A DNA stretch of 64,000 bases from contig JAPKZQ010000019.1 of assembly GCA_026393675.1 (NCBI GenBank), forward strand, positions 14,333-78,332, read 5' to 3'. This document shows positions 55,530 through 64,000 of the stretch, piece after piece. Positions within the stretch are counted from its first letter, which is position 1. Each line of letters opens with the position of its first letter. Both the position numbers and the translations under genes were made by a program. The notes beneath the pieces were generated by a model that was given only the letters and a program-made list of their open reading frames with translations, did not search any database and had not been told where the DNA came from. This DNA comes from Acidobacteriota bacterium (GTDB taxonomy: Bacteria > Acidobacteriota > Vicinamibacteria > Vicinamibacterales > JAKQTR01).

Positions 55530-56384
55530 ATGAAACTGATTCGATTCGGCCATCCGGGCAAGGAGCGGCCGGGCGTTCAACTGTCCGACGGCACGCGTAT
55601 CGATGTCACGGCCTTCGGCGCCGATTATGACGAAGCGTTCTTCGGTGGCGGCGGCATCGCGGCACTCCGCAAGTGGCTGGCCCAGAAGGACGCGTCCTGT
55701 CCGCGCGTGGATTCGACCGTGCGGCTTGGCGCCCCGCTCGCGCGTCCCAGCAAGATCATCTGTATCGGCCTGAACTACCGGGACCACGCGGCGGAAAGCG
55801 GCATGGAGCTGCCGAAAGAACCGGTGCTGTTCTTCAAGTCCACCACGGCGCTCTGCGGGCCCAACGATCCGCTTATCATTCCGCGCGGCGCCACGAAGGT
55901 CGATTGGGAAGTGGAACTCGCCGTCGTGATCGAGCGCACGGCCCGCTACGTCGATCCCGTCAACGCGATGGACTACGTTGCCGGCTACGCGCTGCACAAC
56001 GATTACTCGGAGCGCGCGTTCCAGCTGGAGCGCGGCGGTCAGTGGGTCAAAGGCAAGAGCGCCGATACGTTCGCGCCGCTTGGGCCGTTTATCGCAACCC
56101 GCCACGAAATGCCTGACCCGATGAAACTGGACATGTGGCTGCACGTCAACGGCGAGGTCCGCCAGAAGGGCACCACCGCCAACATGGTGTTCGATGTGCC
56201 GTTTCTCGTGGCCTACATCAGTGAGTTCATGACGCTGTTGCCTGGAGACGTCATCAGCACGGGCACGCCCGCCGGCGTGGGCCTCGGCTTCAAGCCTCCG
56301 ATCTACCTCAAGGCCGGCGACGTCGTGGAGTTGGGCATCGACGGCCTCGGCAGTTCTCGGCAGGAGGTCAAGCCCTCGGTGTGA
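55530..56384 (+). CDS. fumarylacetoacetate hydrolase (FAH) family protein
   Basis: KIICIGLNYRDHA, PVLFFK, DWEVELAVVI, GDVISTGTPAGVG. Confidence 0.85.
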   Translation: MKLIRFGHPGKERPGVQLSDGTRIDVTAFGADYDEAFFGGGGIAALRKWLAQKDASCPRVDSTVRLGAPLARPSKIICIGLNYRDHAAESGMELPKEPVLFFKSTTALCGPNDPLIIPRGATKVDWEVELAVVIERTARYVDPVNAMDYVAGYALHNDYSERAFQLERGGQWVKGKSADTFAPLGPFIATRHEMPDPMKLDMWLHVNGEVRQKGTTANMVFDVPFLVAYISEFMTLLPGDVISTGTPAGVGLGFKPPIYLKAGDVVELGIDGLGSSRQEVKPSV

Positions 56385-56423
56385 GGAAACTGGGGCCTGG
56401 CCCCGCTTCGCGTGGCTGGCTGG

Positions 56424-56482
56424 ATTCCGGCTTTCGCCGGAATGACGAATCGAGGGTTGTAGGGGCGCGATTCATTGCGCCC
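56424..56482. repeat. two adjacent GC-rich hairpins (REP-like, possible bidirectional terminators)
   Basis: ATTCCGGC-TTTC-GCCGGAAT (56424-56443) and GGGCGC-GATTCATT-GCGCCC (56463-56482), between the convergent FAH and tpiA genes. Confidence 0.6.
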
Positions 56483-56520
56483 GGGGGCTCGGGAAAGGCG
56501 GAGTTGGAGTCAGACCCCAA

Positions 56521-57279
56521 TTACTGGCGGCATCCGGAGATGATGTCGAAAAACGACTGAGCCTTGAGGCTGGCCCCGCCGACCAGCGCGCCGTCCACAT
56601 CGGGTAGGGCCATCAACTCCCGGATGTTGTCGGGCTTGACGCTGCCTCCATAGAGGATGTGGCACTGGTCCGCGCTCTCCGGCGTGAACCGGTCGCGGAG
56701 CCATCCGCGAATGTGGGCGTGGGCGTCGCCCGCCTGCTGCGGCGTCGCGTTGCGTCCGGTGCCGATAGCCCAGACGGGCTCATACGCGATGACCAGTGCG
56801 GCCACCTGCGGGGGCTTGAGGCCGCCAAGCGCCTCGTCAAGCTGCCGGTCGAGGACCTCGGTCGTGCGATTGGCGTCCCGTTCCTCGAGCGTCTCGCCAA
56901 TGCATACGATGGCGGTCAGGTCGGCTGCCAGCGCAGCCAGCAGTTTCTTGTGCACGGTCTCGCCGGTGTCACCAAAGAGCCGCCGGCGCTCCGAGTGGCC
57001 GATGATCACGTAGCCCGCGCCAGCGTCCTTGATCATCCCGGCGCTGACCTCGCCGGTAAACGCGCCTTCGCGTTCCCAGTACAGATCCTGGGCGGCAATG
57101 CCGATCCGGCTGTTGCGCGCCGCGTCGGCGGCGGCCTGGATCGCGGGGAACGGCGGCGCCACGACGATCTCCGCGTCGGTGACGCCGCTGACCAGTGCCC
57201 GGAGTTCGTGGAGGTAGGCGACCGTCTCGCCGACGGTTTTGAACATCTTGAAGTTGGCCGCGACGAAAGGAATACGCAT
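56521..57279 (-). CDS. tpiA: triosephosphate isomerase
   Basis: FVAANFKM, IIGHSERR, AYEPVWAIGTG, ILYGGSV. Confidence 0.95.
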   Translation of the reverse strand: MRIPFVAANFKMFKTVGETVAYLHELRALVSGVTDAEIVVAPPFPAIQAAADAARNSRIGIAAQDLYWEREGAFTGEVSAGMIKDAGAGYVIIGHSERRRLFGDTGETVHKKLLAALAADLTAIVCIGETLEERDANRTTEVLDRQLDEALGGLKPPQVAALVIAYEPVWAIGTGRNATPQQAGDAHAHIRGWLRDRFTPESADQCHILYGGSVKPDNIRELMALPDVDGALVGGASLKAQSFFDIISGCRQ

Positions 57280-57293
57280 AAGGATAATCTTTC

Positions 57294-58487
57294 TTACCGA
57301 TCCGTGAGCGCCTCCACGCCGGGTAACTTGCGCCCGCCAAGGAACTCGAGCGACGCGCCGCCGCCCGTCGAGATGTGCGTGATGCGGTCGGTGACGCCCG
57401 CCTTCGCGACGGCCGATACGGAATCGCCGCCGCCGATGATGGTCGTGCCGTTCACCCCGGCCACTGCCCTGGCGACCGCCGTCGTGCCGGCATCAAACGG
57501 GCTCGTTTCGAACACCCCCATCGGGCCGTTCCACACCACGGTCTTCGCCGTCTTGATCAGGCCTGTGTAGCGCTCCACAGTCTTCGGCCCGATATCCAGA
57601 CCCATCCGATCGCCGATGGCCGCATCGGTCACATTCAGCGTCTCGGTCGCCACCCCCGCCGCGATCTTCGCGGCCACGACGTGATCCACCGGCAACTCGA
57701 GCAGGATCTTCATCTCGGCTGCGCGTTTCACAATCTCCCGAGCGGCATCGAGCTTGTCGTCCTCGACCAGCGACTTGCCGACCGGCAGCCCCTGGGCCTT
57801 GAAGAAGGTGTACGCCATCGCGCCGCCGATGAGCAGCGCGTCCACGCGACCAAGGAAGTTCTCGATGACCTCGATCTTGTCCGAGACCTTTGCTCCACCG
57901 AGGATCGCGACAAACGGGCGCTCCGGCGATTCGAGGGCGTGGCCAAGGTACTTAAGTTCGTCTTCCATCAGGAAGCCCGCGGCGGCTCGCGGCATCAACC
58001 GGGCCATCCCTTCGGTCGACGCGTGCGCGCGATGGCTCGAACCAAAAGCGTCGTTCACGTAAGTGTCCGCCAACTCCGCCAGTTGCTTCGCGAATGCGGG
58101 GTCGTTCTTCTCCTCCTGCGGGTGGAACCGGACATTCTCCAGCAGCACGACGCGATTGCCTGCGGCCTGGGCCTGCGCGATCGCCTGGCGGGCCGGCTCA
58201 CCCACACAGTCGTCGGCGAACGTGACGGCGCGGCCGAGGAGCGTCGCCAGGTGCTCACCAACAGGCTTCAGACTGAACTCCGGGCTCGGCCCTCCCTTGG
58301 GCCGGCCAAGATGTGACGCCAGAATCACGGTCGCGCCATGCTCGAGCGCGTAGGTGATGGTCGGCAACGACGCTCGGATGCGCGTGTCATCCTTGATGCG
58401 CCCTTCCTTGATGGGCACATTGAAGTCGACGCGGATGAAGACACGCTTGCCCTGGAGGTCGAGATCACGGATGGATAGCTTCGCCAT
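57294..58487 (-). CDS. pgk: phosphoglycerate kinase
   Basis: [55 protein letters not shown] at 58487. Confidence 0.95.
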   Translation of the reverse strand: MAKLSIRDLDLQGKRVFIRVDFNVPIKEGRIKDDTRIRASLPTITYALEHGATVILASHLGRPKGGPSPEFSLKPVGEHLATLLGRAVTFADDCVGEPARQAIAQAQAAGNRVVLLENVRFHPQEEKNDPAFAKQLAELADTYVNDAFGSSHRAHASTEGMARLMPRAAAGFLMEDELKYLGHALESPERPFVAILGGAKVSDKIEVIENFLGRVDALLIGGAMAYTFFKAQGLPVGKSLVEDDKLDAAREIVKRAAEMKILLELPVDHVVAAKIAAGVATETLNVTDAAIGDRMGLDIGPKTVERYTGLIKTAKTVVWNGPMGVFETSPFDAGTTAVARAVAGVNGTTIIGGGDSVSAVAKAGVTDRITHISTGGGASLEFLGGRKLPGVEALTDR

Positions 58488-58756
58488 ATGACACACCCCG
58501 AATCCCGAACACCGCTTCTCTGGGTTCTCCCGAGAGCCCCGTGCCAGCGGGACAGCGGTTCCTCCGCGTCCCCGCTCACACAAGCCGGCAAAACATGCCT
58601 TGCCAGGACATGTTGCCGACCTTACGAACGGGGCCCCTATCCCCCAGCTTGTCTTGGCCCTCCCGGCACGTTTTGCGAACTGACGCTGTCGGCTTGGTTC
58701 GAGGGGCCGCTCCGGAAGCCGCCTTCCCGCCGGCATCAAGGCTCTGTGCAGCTCCG

Positions 58757-58787
58757 CCCAAACCCCGAACCCCAAACCCCGAATCCC
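58757..58787 (-). repeat. G-quadruplex-type G-tract repeat on the gap/pgk sense strand
   Basis: Minus strand reads GGGATTCGGGGTTTGGGGTTCGGGGTTTGGG. It has five G3-4 tracts with 3-4 nt loops and starts 1 nt after the gap TAG stop. Confidence 0.7.
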
Positions 58788-58788
58788 G

Positions 58789-59877
<1,089 letters not shown>

Positions 59878-59879
59878 TT

Positions 59880-61220
59880 ATGTACGCGTTCTACAGCGTG
59901 GCGACCCTGCTCGTCTTCGTCGTGGCGATGCCGTACTTTGTCTACCAGGCCATTCGCTACCGGAAGTACATCGGCAGCCTGCCTGAGCGGCTGGGCTTCC
60001 TGCCGCTGTCGCTCAATCTCGACCGGGACCGCTCGATCTGGATTCACGCGGTGTCGGTGGGTGAGGCGCTCACGGCGCGGGCCATCGCGGGCGAACTCAA
60101 GGAGCGATATCCCGGTCTTCGGCTCTTCGTGTCGACGACGACGATGACCGGCCAGGAGGTGGCCCGCCGTAGCTTCCAGATGGCCGACGGCATCTTCTAT
60201 TTTCCGTTCGACCTGTCGTTCATCGTGAATCGGGTGCTCACGGTTCTTCGGCCGCGCCTGTTCGTCATGATGGAAACGGAACTCTGGCCGAACCTGTTGC
60301 GCGCGTGCCACGAGCGCGGCGTCAAGACCATCGTGATCAATGGCCGCATCTCGGCGCGGTCGTACCCGCGGTACCGGCTCGTGCGGCCGCTGTTCAGGCG
60401 TGTGCTGGCGCTAGTGGACCGTTTCTGCGTGCAGGGCGAGGAGACGGCCGGGCGGCTGATTGAACTGGGTGCACCGGCCGGGCGCATCACGATTACGGGG
60501 AGCCTCAAGTTCGATTCGCTGCACGCGACGGGTGGCGCGGCGGCGTTTGGCAGAGGCGCCGAACGGGTGCTGCGCTTCTTCCGGGTGCCAGCGGGACGAC
60601 CGGTCGTCGTGGCTGGCAGCACGATGCCCGGCGAAAGCGAGATCGTGCTGGGATGCTTCGAGCGCATCCGCACGCTGACCCGCCATCCATTGCTCGTGAT
60701 TGCGCCCCGCAAGCCCGAGCACTTCGACGCGGTTGAACAGGCGGCGCGGCAGGCCGGGTTCCGGACCGTCAGGCGATCGGCGCTGACCATCGACGAGGAA
60801 CCGAAGGCCGACGTCGTGATCCTCGATACGATTGGCGAGCTGGCGCATGTGTATCTGGCGGCGACGGTCGTGTTCGTGGGCGGCAGCCTGGTCGACGTCG
60901 GAGGGCACAACATCCTCGAGCCGGCCATCCATGGCAAGGCGATCGTGTTTGGTCCCTACATGCAGAATTTCGCGGAGATCGCGCGGTCATTTCTGGAGCA
61001 CCACGCCGCCATCCAGATCCACTCCGCGCGCGAACTGGAAGATACGCTCCTCGACCTGATCTCGAACCGCGACCGCCGGGAGCGACTTGGCGACGCGGCA
61101 CGGGCGTTGGTCGAGGCGAACAGAGGCGCGAAGGATCGGAGCCTCGAGGCCATCGCGACGCTGTTGCCCTTGCCATCGGCGGCGTCGGACAATGTCGTGC
61201 CGTTTCCGGCGGCACGCTGA
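59880..61220 (+). CDS. waaA: 3-deoxy-D-manno-octulosonic acid (Kdo) transferase
   Basis: IWIHAVSVGE, FVSTTTMTG, ETELWPN, and a GT30-like C-terminus GGSL...GGHN.LEPA. Start is ATG 59880 or TTG 59868. Confidence 0.85.
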   Translation: MYAFYSVATLLVFVVAMPYFVYQAIRYRKYIGSLPERLGFLPLSLNLDRDRSIWIHAVSVGEALTARAIAGELKERYPGLRLFVSTTTMTGQEVARRSFQMADGIFYFPFDLSFIVNRVLTVLRPRLFVMMETELWPNLLRACHERGVKTIVINGRISARSYPRYRLVRPLFRRVLALVDRFCVQGEETAGRLIELGAPAGRITITGSLKFDSLHATGGAAAFGRGAERVLRFFRVPAGRPVVVAGSTMPGESEIVLGCFERIRTLTRHPLLVIAPRKPEHFDAVEQAARQAGFRTVRRSALTIDEEPKADVVILDTIGELAHVYLAATVVFVGGSLVDVGGHNILEPAIHGKAIVFGPYMQNFAEIARSFLEHHAAIQIHSARELEDTLLDLISNRDRRERLGDAARALVEANRGAKDRSLEAIATLLPLPSAASDNVVPFPAAR

Positions 61221-61231
61221 AGCATCAAGCT

Positions 61232-62281
61232 GTGTTGAATTCCCTGTACGCGCAGATCGCCCGTGCCAGACGGCGCGCCTACCAGCGTGCTGATCGACAA
61301 CGCCATCTCCGCCGCCCGGTGGTGAGCGTGGGCAACCTGCGCGTCGGCGGCAGCGGGAAGACTCCAACTGTGGCGTGTATCGCGCGCACGCTTGTCGATC
61401 TGGGCGAGCGGCCATCGATTCTGAGCCGCGGGTACGCGAGGCGCCACGCGCCGGATGGCGTCGTCGTCGTGTCGGATGGCCATCGAATATACGCGGATCT
61501 CGACGCGAGCGGCGACGAACCGCTGATGCTGGCGCGCGCGCTTGAAGGCGTTCCGGTGCTGGTCGCTCAGGATCGTTATCTCGCCGGCGTCGTGGCCGAG
61601 CAGCACCTGGGTGCCACCGTGCACGTGCTCGATGACGGGTTTCAGCATTTGCCACTCGCTCGCGATGTTGATCTGCTGATTGTCAGCGAGGACGATCTCG
61701 CCGACCCACGAACCCTGCCCGGCGGCCGTCTGCGCGAGCCGCTGTCTGCCGCCGCTGCCGCCGACGCGGTGCTGGTGCCAGGCGTGTCGCCCGACGCGGC
61801 GCAACCGATCGGGGCACGTCTTGGTGTGGCGGCGACATTCGGGATCACGCGCGTGGCGGAGGAGCCGCGGAGGCTCGATGTGCTGTCGGCTGCCGTGCGG
61901 GCTTCACGGAACATTCCCGTCTACGCCGTGGCGGGAATTGCGCGCCCCGAGTGGTTCTTTCAGGATTTATCGGGTGACGGATGGTCGCTGGTGGGGACGC
62001 TGGCGTTTGCGGACCATCATCGGTACGACGTTCGCGATATCGCACGCATCGTGCGTGCGGCGAAGTCGGCGGGTGCCGCGGCACTCGTGACCACCGAGAA
62101 GGATCTGATGCGACTTTTGCCGTTCCGGCCGCTGGCGCTGCCGGTCATCTGGGTGCCGTTGACCGTGCGCATCGAGCCGGAGCACCGCTTTCGATCCTGG
62201 CTATCAGCAAAACTGGCTGACGCGCGCCACGAGCCTGGCACGCGTCGCTCCACGGATTCGGCCGCGGAGTCGCGCATATGA
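61232..62281 (+). CDS. lpxK: tetraacyldisaccharide 4'-kinase
   Basis: VVSVGNLRVGGSGKTP P-loop, ILSRGY, DDGFQH, TEKD. Confidence 0.85.
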   Translation: MLNSLYAQIARARRRAYQRADRQRHLRRPVVSVGNLRVGGSGKTPTVACIARTLVDLGERPSILSRGYARRHAPDGVVVVSDGHRIYADLDASGDEPLMLARALEGVPVLVAQDRYLAGVVAEQHLGATVHVLDDGFQHLPLARDVDLLIVSEDDLADPRTLPGGRLREPLSAAAAADAVLVPGVSPDAAQPIGARLGVAATFGITRVAEEPRRLDVLSAAVRASRNIPVYAVAGIARPEWFFQDLSGDGWSLVGTLAFADHHRYDVRDIARIVRAAKSAGAAALVTTEKDLMRLLPFRPLALPVIWVPLTVRIEPEHRFRSWLSAKLADARHEPGTRRSTDSAAESRI

Positions 62282-63228
62282 CGCGATTCAGGTACCGATT
62301 GGAGTACTGGCTCGTGCGCCTCACCATGTGGCTGGCGCGCCGGTGTTCGTGGCGCATGACGCGAGCCATGGGGGCTGGCGTCGGCCGCCTCTTCCACGCG
62401 TTCGATCGCCGCCATCGCCGGATTGCGCTCGCCAACGTCGCCGCGGCGTTTCCGCACCGTGCCGTTGCCGACCAGCGCGCCATCGTGCGCGGCGTGTTTG
62501 TCCACTTCGGGCGTCTGCTCTTCGAGTTGATGAAGTTCAGCGGCCTCACCCGCGAGCAGATGCTGTCGCGCGTCGAGTGGGAGGGCGGGCGATGGGCCGA
62601 CGCCGCCTATGCCGCCGGACGCGGCGTGCTGTTTTTCACGGGGCATTTTGGCTACTGGGAAATCCAGGCGATCGCGCATGCCGCGGCCTCCAACCGGCCC
62701 ATCGGAGTGCTGGCGCGTGCGCTCGACAATCCAGCGCTCCACAAGCTGCTCGAGCAGATTCGAGGCTGCACCGGGAACGTCTCGATCTACCGGCGTGGTG
62801 CGATCCGGCGTGTTCTGCGCGCGCTTCAGTCGAACCAGAGCGTGGCCATCCTGATCGACCAGCACATCCAGGCTCCAGACGCCGTCACGGTCAATTTCTT
62901 CGATCGGCCCGCGTCGACGACGCTGGCCCTCGCGATGCTGGCCAGGCGCACCGGCGCCGCCGTCATCCCCGTGTTCGCGATGTCGACCGCGCCGGGCCGC
63001 TATCGTATGGTGTTCGAGCATCCGGTGGATCCGCCTCAGGACGATTCTCCGGAGGCCATTCTCGACTTCACCCAGCGATGCACCGACGTGCTGGAGATGT
63101 ACGTGCGCCGCCACCCCGAACTCTGGCTGTGGATGCATCGCCGCTGGCGCGACGAGGACGGCATCGACGCGACAGACCCCGGTATGTTTCCGCGCACTGA
63201 ACCGGACACCGGAGGCGATCAGACATGA
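62278..63228 (+). CDS. lipid A biosynthesis (Kdo)2-lipid IVA acyltransferase family protein (LpxL/HtrB-like)
   Basis: LANV..AFP, FFTGHFGYWE (HX4 motif region), ILIDQH. ATGA overlap with lpxK. Confidence 0.75.
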   Translation: MTRFRYRLEYWLVRLTMWLARRCSWRMTRAMGAGVGRLFHAFDRRHRRIALANVAAAFPHRAVADQRAIVRGVFVHFGRLLFELMKFSGLTREQMLSRVEWEGGRWADAAYAAGRGVLFFTGHFGYWEIQAIAHAAASNRPIGVLARALDNPALHKLLEQIRGCTGNVSIYRRGAIRRVLRALQSNQSVAILIDQHIQAPDAVTVNFFDRPASTTLALAMLARRTGAAVIPVFAMSTAPGRYRMVFEHPVDPPQDDSPEAILDFTQRCTDVLEMYVRRHPELWLWMHRRWRDEDGIDATDPGMFPRTEPDTGGDQT

Positions 63229-64000
63229 CGACGATGGTCTTTTCGCCCAATTGGCTGGGCGACGCCGTGATGGCATTGCCAGCCATCGTGGACATTCGTC
63301 GTCACGCATCCACGGGCCGGTTGCTCGTCGCTGCGAGGCCAGCCGTCGCCGGGCTGATGAGCCTCGTCTCCGGGGTGGACGGCGTCGTGACGCTGGCGGG
63401 CACCGGAGGTTTCGCTGCCGTTCGCCGTCTCGGGCAGGACATTCAAGCCATTCGAGCGTCCGGGGCCGACGTGGCGATCCTGCTGCCCAACTCGATGCAC
63501 GTCGCGGTGATGGCGGCTCGGGCCGGCATCGCGGAACGAACGGGCTACGCCCGAAACCTCCGTCGAGTGCTATTGTCGCGTGCGGTTGCGAGACCACCGG
63601 CCGATCTCCACCAGGTTGACGCCTATCGCCATCTTGTCGCGGCACTGGGCTTCGGGAATGGGCCGCGTGAACCGCAGTTAACGGCGCCGGCCGACGCGGT
63701 GGAATCGGCACGGCGACTGCTCGCTGGGTGCGGGTGGACCGGCGATCGCCGCCTGGTGGGCATCGCCCCCGGCGCGGCCTACGGAGGGGCAAAACGCTGG
63801 CCGCCGGAACGATTCGCGAGTGTCATCGTGGCGCTCACGCAGGACCATGGCCTCGCCTGCGCGCTTGTTGGCGGTGAGGCCGATTCGACGACGGCGATGG
63901 CAATCGAGGCGGAACTCGGTAAGATCAACAGACGGTCGCCGCCGGGCGCGGTCATCAACCTGGTGGGTCGCACCGACCTGCGACAGTTGTGCGGCGTGCT
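63225..64000 (+). CDS. ADP-heptose:LPS heptosyltransferase (GT9, WaaF/RfaF-like), 3' end outside the window
   Basis: Translated by hand: MTTMVFSPNWLGDAVMALPAIVDIRR...ILLPNS....MAARAGI.ERTGY...IAPGAAYGGAKRWP.ERF. ATGA overlap with the upstream gene. No stop before base 64000, so it is absent from the ORF track. Confidence 0.8.
   Translation, partial: MTTMVFSPNWLGDAVMALPAIVDIRRHASTGRLLVAARPAVAGLMSLVSGVDGVVTLAGTGGFAAVRRLGQDIQAIRASGADVAILLPNSMHVAVMAARAGIAERTGYARNLRRVLLSRAVARPPADLHQVDAYRHLVAALGFGNGPREPQLTAPADAVESARRLLAGCGWTGDRRLVGIAPGAAYGGAKRWPPERFASVIVALTQDHGLACALVGGEADSTTAMAIEAELGKINRRSPPGAVINLVGRTDLRQLCGV

Noticed and set aside
58757-58787. The GGGGTT-type tandem motif as a CRISPR array or telomere-like repeat.
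   Set aside because: It is only about 31 nt with no spacer/repeat periodicity and a chromosomal operon context. It is better described as a G4 motif.

Overview
High-GC (about 65-70% by eye) bacterial chromosomal window. The gene content suggests Acidobacteriota (CarboxypepD_reg/TonB-type outer-membrane proteins, PD40 propeller, many TAT/lipoprotein signals), but that is inference only. Core blocks: a partial sigma-54 activator; aroH-tyrA-class IV aminotransferase (1-3.3 kb); a CHASE2 cyclase - M48 protease - cNMP-binding MscS channel cluster (3.3-7.9 kb); an envelope cluster with an OM receptor, an O-antigen-ligase-like protein and two L,D-transpeptidases (21-30 kb); secG-tpiA-pgk-gap (55-59.8 kb); and waaA-lpxK-lpxL-waaF (59.9-64 kb). 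There are two accessory regions. (1) 7.94-19.9 kb is a defence island. It starts at a 35% GC boundary and ends at truncated flanking genes. It encodes an Hma-type trio: an HTH-SNF2-DUF3883 helicase, a DUF1156 DPPY methylase and a DUF499 ATPase. An AbiEii-like nucleotidyltransferase sits between helicase and methylase, and its usual small partner domain appears to be fused to the helicase C-terminus. I consider this the most novel feature. (2) 31.8-54.9 kb is a mosaic next to tRNA-Leu(GAG). It contains three TA modules in a row (abiEii/abiEi in reversed order, vapBC, RHH-PIN), a second 92-96% identical vapBC cassette 11 kb away, a class II Fic protein, a DUF4143 ATPase, a duplicated small Cys-rich ORF, truncated genes, an MdtABC-like efflux operon, and two directly oriented tRNA-Leu 3' fragments (34.9 and 45.3 kb). 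The fragments look like relic att sites of successive integrations. No integrase, transposase, CRISPR array or rRNA was seen. All calls rest on motif recognition by eye; no searches were run.
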